Positions 13,055 to 23,911 of a stretch of DNA of 64,000 nt are shown in pieces. The notes below the pieces were generated by a model. It worked only from the letters and a program-made list of their open reading frames with translations. It was not told where the DNA came from and ran no database searches. The first letter of the stretch is position 1. Each line of letters begins with the position of its first letter. This DNA is from Macrostomum lignano (taxonomy: Eukaryota): assembly GCA_002269645.1 (NCBI GenBank), contig NIVC01002009.1, positions 1 to 64,000 of the forward strand, given 5' to 3'. A program made the translations under genes and the position numbers.

Positions 13055-16000
13055 TCACAGCACATACTTGTAGATCAGATAGGCTGCCAGAAGTACGCCA
13101 ATTGGGATGATGAAGCCAGTCCAAGAGCCGCCGTTGTCGCCGGCTCCGGCACCCTTGGACTCGGGACCAACAGCTGTCAGGCTGCTTTTCTTTTCCTTCT
13201 CGAGCACCTCGCCAATGAGGTACTTTTCCATCATCTCGCGCGCATCAGTGGAATGGCCGACATCTTCGAATGCCTCGGTGGAATAGCCGCCACCTTGTTC
13301 GAGAATCACCTCCTCGCCGCCAGGATGCTTGGAATGGGTTGATGGAGATAATATATAAAAACTAGAACTGTAAATTGATACCTTTGCTGTCTGCTCAGAC
13401 TAGTGCTACAGCCTATTCTCTCAGAGTAACTGACTGTACAATCTAGCAAACTGTCTATTCAACAAAGGTATTTTCAACTAACTAAAAAGCTAAGGCCTGA
13501 GAGACAAATATGGATATGAGATTTCTCAGTCTATACGAGAGTATTCTATACAATGGCTATATATATAGCTTTGTACAGAAATTGCAATTCATTTTTGCAT
13601 TTACACAATAAACTAGAAAATTATGATGTGCAAATATATGCACATGCTAGTTGCCTTATAAAAAACATTGATAGTGCTTGTTTTTAAAAAAATTAGGCTT
13701 TATTTTGACATAGTTTCTAACTAAATAGGCCTATATATAGCTCTATAAGAGATAGAAATCTGAAAGATAGATAAAAGAACAACAAAGGAGCCAGAGCTAA
13801 AACTAGACATAGAAGTTCAACTGGCACTAGCAGGAGTGATGAGGAAAGCCCTACCAAGTCACCCATTGCAGTGAGAAATCTGACCTAGACAAGCAAGAAC
13901 TAGCCCAGAACTGGTCCAGAGGGACAAAAGTCTTGGTTGGCAACAACCCCTAGTTTATAACAATAGCAAGAAGGCAAGAGGGACCTGGGGATGGCCTGGA
14001 CAGATTGAGGAAGGCCCAGAGTCCCAGACCCTACACGAAGATGGCCAGGAGAGGCTGATACAGAAAAGTAACACTAGACCTAATGTGCAGAAGGGAATAA
14101 TAATGGGGACTGGGATAGAATATATTGGGGTTGTGTCCCCACTTTTGACTAAATAAAAGGAGTGGAGCATAATTTTGCGCCACTTCTTTCCCTCCTACTA
14201 GGCTCGAGGCTTACTTTGATGTAATAGAATCTATTAACCAATATTTCGTATTAAACAACTCATTTGACTTAACTCTAGTGGCTCAGATTTACTTGAGACT
14301 AGCCATCTCACTCATGCATAGCTAGTCGAATAGTAGGATATATAGTTATAATCTCGATAGTGCACCTAGACTGCAACCATACTAGACTTCATATCAAAAA
14401 GCCAAACAAGTTATACATAGGGCACAAGAGTTTATGAGCTCAAAGCCAACTATTAGGGCATAGGAAATGGAGAGTTCCAGGTTCTAAGATAAGGAGATTT
14501 TCATAGGGATTGATTTTGTCAACCTAAACTTGAATAGAAACATAGAGACCTACTCAAGATTAGGTATTTATATTAATTAGTGTCCATAAAAATAACAAAC
14601 TAATTGTAGATATTAAATATATATAATTAAGTTCAAAAAGTCTATAGAGTTCAACAAAAAGTAGCAGCAAAATTTTTTTGCATTTCTTGCATTATATTTT
14701 TATATTAGATGCCCAGTCTATAGTCTAGAAAGTGGCCTTTATGCTAGAATTTTCTAGTATATTTTTGCCCTCACTGAGAATCTTGGCATACACTTAGCAT
14801 ATAGAATTTTCAGATTCAACATAAAGTGTACATAGTTGGCATACAAAAAATAGCCAAGTTCAAGGCTAAAATGTAATTATATAATTAAATATCAACTAAT
14901 ATCAAAAGCTCTTTAAAAATAATTGTAAACTAAAATAGAAAATATTAAAGAAATCATGAAAAAATCAAAATTAAAACAAAGAGTATCATTTTTTAACAAA
15001 AAACAGCTGTTTTAAAGTTTATTAAAAGTTTAGAATTCCAAAAAATATATATTTTTTAAAAAATGGCATATAAACAATTTTAATCTTGGTGTAAAAGTTT
15101 TTTTTAATTTTACATTGGCATAAAATTGAAAAAACATGAAATTTCATTCCAGTGTACACTTGCCATGATCTAGACTATGGTGCCTAGTGTTTAATAAAAA
15201 ATTTCAAACTAAACCTAACAAAGAAATTATAATTTTGTTTGTGATTTTAATATTTAATAATAAGGATTTCATAATAGCTAGAGATAATAGATAATGTAAA
15301 GGGCCCCTCCCGATTTCTTTCTAAAAATAGCTATCGGTTATTACATTTTAAATTCACGCCAAATAACTACGACGCATTTTGTTTTACTACTCGTATTTTT
15401 GATAATATTTTACGCGAATTAATTTTTGTTAAAAATCTAATAGAATTTTACTATAAATACAGGCAAATTTGGCGGAGGGAGAAGCAACCTCGCGCATCGC
15501 GGTTCAATAATACAAGTTGATAGCAATTAATAAGAGTTCCGAGAAAATAAGAATTGAAGAAGTGTTTTTCTGTGTTAATTCCTTTTAAGAAGTAAGAGTG
15601 AAGTAGACCGAAGCATATACAGCACATACTACTGAGAAGCAGCAGTGTTGAGTAGTAAGAATACGAAGTAGATCTGAAGTGATACGTGTAAGAATAACCG
15701 GAGGCTGTGACCCTCTGATCTCGGTAACGCCCAAGGACTTGCACAGTACATGGAATACATATACCAGTATAGCCAATAGACCACTCAGGCCAAAAGTACA
15801 GTAAACGCTACCAGAATAACGGAATAATATACTCAGACAAATTCTAAGAAACATTTATCGGATTATTCTAAGATTGATAAACTCATAATTTATTAATGGA
15901 ATAATCCTGGTGGCAGCTACCAACTTAATAAGAACACTTAAGAGATTAGTAAATTAGCCCTGTAACAGCTTTTGGTGGCTAATCGGAGGAATTTTGTATC

Positions 16001-19000
16001 GCACAGGAACACCCCTAGTACAACTTTGGTGTCAGCAGTTGAGATTTAAATAGAGAGAACCATAACCACTATTACAATTTGGTACCAGCAGTGGGATAGC
16101 TAAAGAGGGAAGCAAACCCCCTATCACAACTTTGGTGGCAGCGTAAAGGATCAGAGAAACGGCCAGAATATCAGAACTAGACAGATCAGAGAAACGGCCA
16201 GAATTTCAGAACTAGACAGATCAGAGAAACGGCAAAGAACTCCGGTAATTGAAGATCATCAGTGAGAAATTTTAGAATTAGGAACAGTAGTTAGAATCAA
16301 GAAGAAAGATGGCTAATGCCAATGATGCAATCGCTAGGCTAGCTGAAGAGCTGACAAAGAAGCTAGGATTAGGAACGGAGAAGCAAGTAGAGATTGAGAA
16401 GTACACACCTGACAAAAATATCAGGCAGTGGATCAATGCATTCGAGCAGCAATGCAGGATGCAAGGATTGAATGGAGAAAAACGGAAAGTAGCTCTTTTC
16501 GCCAATCTAGACATCCCAGAAGAACTGAAACGGAGGATGAGCCATAAACAAGATCAGCAGCACTATCAAGACATTAGGCGACAAGTTATTGAGCAGTTCG
16601 AAAGGAAGCAGCAGAAGCAGGAGGAGAATGGAGTCCAAGCCCTAGTTGAGTGCTTGATGACCCTGACGGTCATATTGACAAATCTGAACTTAGAACAGAA
16701 ATCAGAGCAGCAGCAGCAGTACAAGTACCAGACGGCGCCAAAATCGCGCCCGCCGCACAGATTTAGTGGCGCCAGACCAGAGCCAAGCCCTGGTCATTGC
16801 TTCTTCTGTGGGAAGCCAGGACCAATCAGGCCACAAGCAGGTCACAGATGCAGAGTGAATCTGGGAGAAGCCAGACAGCGAGCTCAGGAGAAAGGATGAG
16901 AGTAATTTTCTACTAGCACGAATCAAGCTAAGAAAATTGTACATAATGTATTTATAAAAATATAAAAAATTTATAAAAAGCTTCGAAAAGAAAATAAAAA
17001 TGACCGTACAGAGTATATAATGCACATAATTACCTAATGGAGCCCCAAAAGGGCCGTTTTAGCAAAAGACCGCTTATGTAAATCGCTAGCTCATTAAAAT
17101 GTTTGACATGCATGATTATTATAGTACTGTATTATGTAAATACGTCACTATTGCACAAATTTGCTTGAAGTAAAATAGCTCAGAAAGGTTTCCTTAACAA
17201 AATACGGTATAGAAGCCTCAGAAGGGCCGTTTTACCGAAGTTTTCGAGTAGACTCTTAGCATATTTGAAATGACTAGAATTAACACTATGTAACTGTGTA
17301 AATATTCACTATGTAAATAGCATACTAAATTACGCAAAATTAAGTCTCCAGAAGAGCCTTAAAGAATTAGGTGACCCCGAAAAGGGCCGTTTTGACAAAG
17401 AAAATTCAGAAAATCAACAAAAACAGGTTTAATTCGGTTAGTTAGGCTGCTCAGAAAGTAAGATAGGAAGTCTACCATAATAGTCGGAGTAGTGAGAAGC
17501 TCTGTGAAGAAGAAATAATTAAAGAATTAATGTAATAAACTCTGACAATAGGCAGTAGAGAGAAGAGAATACAGGACGCTGAGAAGTTGAATTGAAGAAG
17601 AAGACGAAGAATTTGAAAAGAGAAGCACGAGAATTTGAGAGGAATCGAGAATTAGAGAAGAAAAGGTGGGTTAGAAGCAAGAGGTAGACTAAAGACTTTT
17701 TGTCGCCATCGAGTGACGTAGTCTAGCCGCACCCTCAAGCGCTAATAGACACCAAGTAGAAGAGAATCAAGAGTAGTCAAGAAGCGAATTTGAAGAAGTG
17801 AATTCAAGAGAAGAATTCGAAGAAAAATCGAGAAGAAGTACATAAGCAAAGTCAAAGAAGTGAACCAGAAGAATTGAGAGTTTGATAAAGTGAGGAGAAA
17901 AATTGTGAGAAAAAGCCAAGAAAAATCCGATCAGCTATCTCATGGTGTCCCTCTTTAGATCAGATATCATTGCTGTCTAAATGGATGCGATAGTCTGTGA
18001 AGAACAAAAATAAGAGAGAGAATTCGAGAGATGAGCAAAGAGAAGAATTTGTCAGAGAAAAATTTAATTAAGAAAGAAGGAAAACTTTTCGATCCCGTTT
18101 AGGAAGGCACGGCACAGCCATTTTAAAGTCCTTTCTCAAGGATCCTGAAAAATTGGAGAAGAGAAATATGAGAGATGGAATACTGGAAGGAGTGCTCACT
18201 GTTCTTTTGGAGAAAGCAAGGTAGTCCAATGACAGCCAATTTTAGCCCATTCCTGAGAACATAGCATTTTTCGGAAAGTAAAGGCTTGAAACCAAACTAA
18301 TCCAATAATTGCATAACTTACTAACTAGAGAATGAGATAGAACCAAACGAAGAAGAATTTGAGCATGAAGATGAGTCAACAGATAGTGAGAAGACTGAGC
18401 CAGCCGAAACAGATGACGCATTAGAATTAGATAGGAGAGAAAGAAATGAAGACGAAAGGATTGAGCATAGGCCGCATTATAATTTGAGACCAAGAAGTGA
18501 GAGAGTTGTCACCTCAGGATTCGCCCCCGCAGGCGATACGGCCATTATCTGAAATGATCGAATTTGTACCATATCAAGTATCAAATTGTAAATAGAATTT
18601 GCTTAAAATCAGAAAAATTGCTCTGTAAATAGAAATCTGTTGTAAATAAAAAAAATTGACAAAAATATAAAAAGTTTAAAAATATAAAAACACAAAAACA
18701 TTGCGCATTACTAGTAGTAGAAATAAGAGAATTGTGTGAAGGAATCCGAAGTCAATAAATAATCCTAGCAACGCTTAGCAACGGTGCGCCGCTCTGAACC
18801 AATGAGAGCCCGCGAAGCGAACGCTAGAAAGCCACTATGGTTGACGAACACGTGACCCCACTAAACCCCTCGAAAGCGAAAGCGCGAACACAACGATGCG
18901 GTCCAGTTTTTCGGCTGGTCGCATATAAATACGAAACCCCATAGAGCTCACAAAACCTCATATTTCACAGCAATTAGTTCGTTCTTAGGAGACTAGAAAT

Positions 19001-21671
19001 TCTGTTATAGCGAATATGAGCCACGTTGACGATATTTTGGAAGAATTGCTGGGCGGAGCCCTGTCAGATAGCGACCTGTCAGAAGACGAAGCACCGAGAC
19101 AGCCGGCTCCAGCGCCAAGACCGCCGACTCCGCCGCCCGCTCCAGCTCCAAGACCGCCGACTCCGCCAGCCCCGAGCGCGTCAAGCCCGCGAGAGAGACC
19201 GTCAGCATCAGCGGAGATCGAGGCACCATTACGTTGCTCAACACGACCAAAGCTTCCAGGAGACTCCAGCAAGCGGCCGAGGCCGCCATCGCCAACGTCG
19301 AGCCAACGACTGCAGGTGGACGGGCCGACACCACCGAAGCGGGCAGCCATCCTGCAGGCCGCCGCCGCTGCTCCTGTGCGAGTTTATGCGGCACCTTCGA
19401 GTCAAGGATCGGCAGCCAGCAGCGCAGCATTCGAGCGACGGACAGTTCAGCTCCAGCCCCCAGCAAGTGCTCCACCATCGGGGCGACGCCAGCATGCCGC
19501 AGCCGCCGTCGTTACACCTCGCCAGCAGGCCGCCGCCGCCGCTACACCGCGCCAGCAGGCCGCTGCCGTCGTTACACCGCGCCAGCAGGCCGCTGCTACA
19601 CCTCGCCAGCAGGCCGCCGCCGCCGCTGCACCGCGCCAGCAGGTCGCCGCCGCCGCGCCCCGTCAGCAGGCCGCCGCTGCCGCTGCACCACGACCGCCAC
19701 GACCTGAGCTCGCAGGAAGCTACCAGGAGGTGGCACAACGCCTCATCGAGACAGGCGAGCCGGTCGAACGAGTTCGTTTCGGCCTGATGCAATATTTGCA
19801 GCGCATCGGCCACTTGCGCTTAGATCAAGCGCTGCCGCAACGTTCGCAGGCTTGGGCCGCCATCAGAGCGCTGCGCGAACTATGCTCATCAACCGAGGCA
19901 GTGGCGCTTCTCCAGCACATCGCCGAAGAGCTCCAGCGCATCATGAGAGCTGATTCTCAGGTAACCCAGCGACGCCTACTAAACATTGAATTGCGGTGGA
20001 TTTTTGGCCTCCTAGGCTGGCCCTATTTTCGTGAACTCCCGAACCCTTGCAAATTCTAGGCAGGTTTTCTTATTACCGGTGTGCTTTTCCGATCGTTTCC
20101 GTCGTATTTTTCTATGTTGTTTCTAATCTTCCAAATCTAGTTTACTAGTTTTTCTGTTTTATTCAATGGTAATTGCCACACATGATCTATCACTTTACTG
20201 CTTATCCGATTGTTTTGTTTTATGCCTTTATCACATAATTTTGTGCCTAATACTTTGCTCATGACTATTGCACGTAGTATTCACAAATTGTTTAGTTTTT
20301 AGCACTTCGTTTATGCACCTTTTCTTGCATTTTAAAATTTTTGCACTCGCATACTTATAGTAGACTGTAGTAAGCTCGTTTAAAAATTTTTTTTTAGGGG
20401 AGGCAGGTTGTAAAGGGCCCCTCCCGATTTCTTTCTAAAAATAGCTATCGGTTATTACATTTTAAATTCACGCCAAATAACTACGACGCATTTTGTTTTA
20501 CTACTCGTATTTTTGATAATATTTTACGCGAATTAATTTTTGTTAAAAATCTAATAGAATTTTACTATAAATACAGGCAAATTTGGCGGAGGGAGAAGCA
20601 ACCTCGCGCATCGCGGTTCAATAATACAAGTTGATAGCAATTAATAAGAGTTCCGAGAAAATAAGAATTGAAGAAGTGTTTTTCTGTGTTAATTCCTTTT
20701 AAGAAGTAAGAGTGAAGTAGACCGAAGCATATACAGCACATACTACTGAGAAGCAGCAGTGTTGAGTAGTAAGAATACGAAGTAGATCTGAAGTGATACG
20801 TGTAAGAATAACCGGAGGCTGTGACCCTCTGATCTCGGTAACGCCCAAGGACTTGCACAGTACATGGAATACATATACCAGTATAGCCAATAGACCACTC
20901 AGGCCAAAAGTACAGTAAACGCTACCAGAATAACGGAATAATATACTCAGACAAATTCTAAGAAACATTTATCGGATTATTCTAAGATTGATAAACTCAT
21001 AATTTATTAATGGAATAATCCTGGTGGCAGCTACCAACTTAATAAGAACACTTAAGAGATTAGTAAATTAGCCCTGTAACAGCTTTTGGTGGCTAATCGG
21101 AGGAATTTTGTATCGCACAGGAACACCCCTAGTACAACTTTGGTGTCAGCAGTTGAGATTTAAATAGAGAGAACCATAACCACTATTACAATTTGGTACC
21201 AGCAGTGGGATAGCTAAAGAGGGAAGCAAACCCCCTATCACAATAAACCTAGGTGAAATCTATTTCTTGATTTAAAATAATTTTTAGGCCCCTGTATTTT
21301 TTCAAGAGCTAGGGCCTAGCTCTTTCAATTAGGTCAACTTACACTTAAAGTGTTTTTAGAATAAAGTCTAGTTTTTGATATGACATTTATTGTTGGCTAA
21401 AATTAATATAAGCAATGATAATTTCTGTTCTTATTTTTAATCTTAGGCCTACTCCTGAATGTGACTGTGACATTTAGATTTATCATTTGAATTTTGATAG
21501 GCCTAGTATCATATCATCTAGTCTTACTCATGAATAATTTCCAAAAAATGGTCTTACCTCTGTCAGAAATTTTGTAACATCATAGACTTTGTCATGTATT
21601 ATGATCCAACAGCTCTCTGGTGTTTTGTGTTCCTCAACTTCTTTTTTGGATATCTGGCGCAAGATGGTCAT
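13055..21671 (-). CDS. CYB5: Cytochrome b5, tail-anchored, 2 exons (21671-21558, 13327-13055), 128 aa, 8.2-kb intron
   Basis: [38 protein letters not shown]|[11 protein letters not shown]...[17 protein letters not shown] with both heme-ligand His, and a C-terminal TM anchor. Phase-0 GT-AG intron. Confidence 0.96.
15295..16128 (+). repeat. 5' LTR
   Basis: Direct repeat of 20409-21242 (offset 5114); TATA-like TATAAAT at ~15452. Confidence 0.97.
15908..16150 (+). other. Array of five tRNA primer-binding-site-like motifs, four preceded by an LTR-end-like TRNNACA; the last (16133-16143, TGGTGGCAGCG, tRNA-Leu type) is the PBS used by this copy
   Basis: TGG-starting motifs at 15908, 15973, 16027, 16080 and 16133; ACA ends at 15967, 16022, 16076 and 16128. 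Confidence 0.85.
16309..16899 (+). CDS. gag: Gag-like protein (196 aa) with a degenerate zinc knuckle
   Basis: First ORF after the PBS; capsid-like ..[19 protein letters not shown]..; CFFCGKPGP knuckle remnant. Confidence 0.8.
   Translation: MANANDAIARLAEELTKKLGLGTEKQVEIEKYTPDKNIRQWINAFEQQCRMQGLNGEKRKVALFANLDIPEELKRRMSHKQDQQHYQDIRRQVIEQFERKQQKQEENGVQALVECLMTLTVILTNLNLEQKSEQQQQYKYQTAPKSRPPHRFSGARPEPSPGHCFFCGKPGPIRPQAGHRCRVNLGEARQRAQEKG
17950..18552 (+). pseudogene. Decayed integrase/pol C-terminal remnant
   Basis: Open stretch 18325-18552 encodes an acidic tail ending RPHYNLRPR, typical of Gypsy pol ends. Upstream frames are broken, with only weak SKVV(H)-like traces. Confidence 0.5.
18764..18930 (+). 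promoter_or_regulatory. Putative internal Pol II promoter for the cargo ORF
   Basis: Tandem TAGCAAC RFX half-sites (18764-18782), CCAAT (18799-18803), CACGTG (18849-18854), TATAAAT (18924-18930); ATG at 19016. Confidence 0.6.
19016..20059 (+). CDS. Unknown 347-aa cargo protein of the LTR element (acidic N-terminus, Pro-rich region, (T/A)PRQQAAAA repeats, helical C-terminal domain)
   Basis: Intact ATG-to-stop ORF forming a sharply bounded GC-rich island between the pol remnant and the PPT. Confidence 0.8.
   Translation: MSHVDDILEELLGGALSDSDLSEDEAPRQPAPAPRPPTPPPAPAPRPPTPPAPSASSPRERPSASAEIEAPLRCSTRPKLPGDSSKRPRPPSPTSSQRLQVDGPTPPKRAAILQAAAAAPVRVYAAPSSQGSAASSAAFERRTVQLQPPASAPPSGRRQHAAAAVVTPRQQAAAAATPRQQAAAVVTPRQQAAATPRQQAAAAAAPRQQVAAAAPRQQAAAAAAPRPPRPELAGSYQEVAQRLIETGEPVERVRFGLMQYLQRIGHLRLDQALPQRSQAWAAIRALRELCSSTEAVALLQHIAEELQRIMRADSQVTQRRLLNIELRWIFGLLGWPYFRELPNPCKF
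20396..20407 (+). other. Polypurine tract
   Basis: AGGGGAGGCAGG immediately before the 3' LTR. Confidence 0.85.
20409..21242 (+). repeat. 3' LTR (contains all four att/PBS modules)
   Basis: Appears identical to the 5' LTR by eye, and the ORF-track peptides are identical; ends TATCACA followed by the TSD. Confidence 0.97.
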
Positions 21672-23911
21672 TTTTTGCAAAACAATAGAAGTAAGGTTAG
21701 CTTATAATATTAGTTAGCTTTAGCCTACAGAAATGCTGTACACTAGCTAGAATTAAGGTTGCAGGAAAAAGTAAGTATTTCTCTTACAAAGTACAGTGGC
21801 AAATGCAATAATACTGTATTAAAAATACACCCGATTATAATAAGTGGAATGGAATACTTTATTTTTTTTCAATAACACCCCACGTTACTCGTTTATCTAA
21901 AATATTTGCGAAACGTAGTGGTGGAGTGATTTTAAAATAACACATATTTAGGTAACATAAAATAAAATGTGTAACTTTTTAGAAGTATTGGAGTACTTTT
22001 AGTACAATTGCTGAAAGCATAGAAATGAGAAATAAATGTTTTTGCAAAGAAAATAATAATAACGTTATGCTTTGTTTTTCTATACTTTTTTCACATTTAT
22101 GACCATTTTAACCTTAAGCTGCTTGCAGTCATTAAGCAGCTTAAGGTCCTCATTAGTCCTACGAAAGTCGTGGGGTTCAAACTTGGCGTAACAAAAAAGA
22201 CCACTCTGGACTTTCACATAAGACAATCTTGTACACATGTACAATTTTTTACCACTTGCAGCTTAACTATTGCACTTAACAAAATAGAAAGTTTTTACTG
22301 GTATTTGCTCTTTTGTTGATGATTTTTGTGTGATCTACAGCTTTTAAACCATTTAATGCGACGAAATAGATGGTGTTGCTTAGCTTTGTAGTTTTTATTT
22401 TTAGTTCATCGTAAAGAAGGGATTGCAATTAATGGAAGTCTAGCTAGCGAGATATTTTAAAACTCTAATAACTTGTATAAAGAGCTTTTTCAATGAGAAT
22501 CTGTACAATATGTAGCAATTGCATATACTTGACCAGCCAAATGGAATTATTTAAATTCTCCATAACGACGCAACAGGTTGCTTGGATGGATCAGGCAGGT
22601 GTGAGTGGCGATAGAGTGGCCGTTATGGTATTTGCATAGTAAAACTCGCTCCACCGATCTACTGCATGTACATTTTAGATCTACATGTAGGTCTTGGAAC
22701 GCAGCACGCAGCAGGGCCAGCGTGCGCCATGTCAACATCATGCTGTTTGAGTTGTTCCAGCGTCAAGTCTCTGTGCTCTTGGGTCAGGTCGTTATAATAG
22801 GGTAAGATGATCTCGATCGCGTACATGTAGTTACATGTAGCTGCATGGAACAAACGCAGTCCTAGTACAGCTGTACTCTATATTGGATGTTTGTAGGGCC
22901 TCGGACTGCAGTCAGGACTGACCGTCACAGAAATAAAAGCAGCCCAGGTACATGTACATGTATAAGTAAGCCCCTCTCCGGCGGACGCCACAGGTCCTTC
23001 GTGGGCGGGGCGTTGAACCAGACCGAGGACGAACTACTGCCAACGCGACCTTCGATCTGTACTAATTATTTTCCGTCAGTATATAATAGCCTCGATGTCA
23101 TCCATCACGTAAAACACAATTACAGTCTTCCGCGCTTTGACAATCAAGCCGGCACAAACTGTCGCAACAACAACCAGTCTGTCCAGGCCAGCTGTCGGTG
23201 CAGGGGCGTCAAGTGCGCTGATCGCTGTTGTCTTTCCAGTGGGCGTCGATCCACGCGACACAAAAAATTAAATGGAAAAATTGAACGTAAATATGATGAA
23301 TGATGATTAAAATGTATAATCTTACATATACAATAAGAAGTATAAAAGATTTATAAGATTGAGTGGTTCCAGGTAGTGCTCCCTTTGTTACTATACCTAC
23401 GAGTATTATGTTTGTTTTAGACTTTAGTCATATATACATCGGTGCTTAGGTATGTAGGAAGGACTGGAAACTTGTTTGAAAATTTTAGGAGGCCGGTTTT
23501 ACCATTGCAGTACGGTGAAATGGAGGTTTTCGCTTTTTCAGCACAGAAATTGTTATTGCTTTCGGCAGAAGGGAGGACCCAATCTTCATATCTTTATGTG
23601 TCTTCTTGCATGTTGCCTTAAACCTTCATTCTGGCCGTAATGTACGATTTTTCAATCTGCGTTCTAAAATTTTTCACAAAATGTACTTTCCCGTCATTTT
23701 AATTGAGTAGTCCTTGGATCGTACATGTGTATAACATGCCATCACACAGTAAAGGCTGAGGCTGTTTCTGTCTGAGGGTTAAAAAATCGTTTCAGATAAC
23801 CTTCAGATTAACAAAACAGGGCGGGACGACACCCTTTAGATTTTTAGCTCTTTTTTAATAACTAATTAATTGATTTCGAACACTTCAGCTCGGATAGCTT
23901 TGAAATGAGAG

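Larger units (their letters stand above)
15295..21242 (+). mobile_element. Non-autonomous Gypsy-like LTR retrotransposon (5948 bp), antisense in the cytochrome b5 intron
   Basis: Two 834-bp LTRs (TGT...ACA), 4-bp TSD ATAA (15291-15294, 21243-21246), PBS, PPT, gag-like ORF. No recognisable RT/RNase H. Confidence 0.95.

Noticed and set aside
15451-15854. Antisense 97- and 89-aa ORFs in both LTRs
   Set aside because: They use non-ATG starts, show no recognisable motifs, and are duplicated only because the LTRs are.
15908-16128. CRISPR array interpretation of the repeat-spacer-like modules
   Set aside because: Eukaryotic LTR context, no cas genes, and the recurring parts are PBS/att motifs rather than identical direct repeats.
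19026-19813. Overlapping ORFs in other frames and strands of the cargo gene
   Set aside because: Shadow ORFs of GC-rich repetitive coding sequence.
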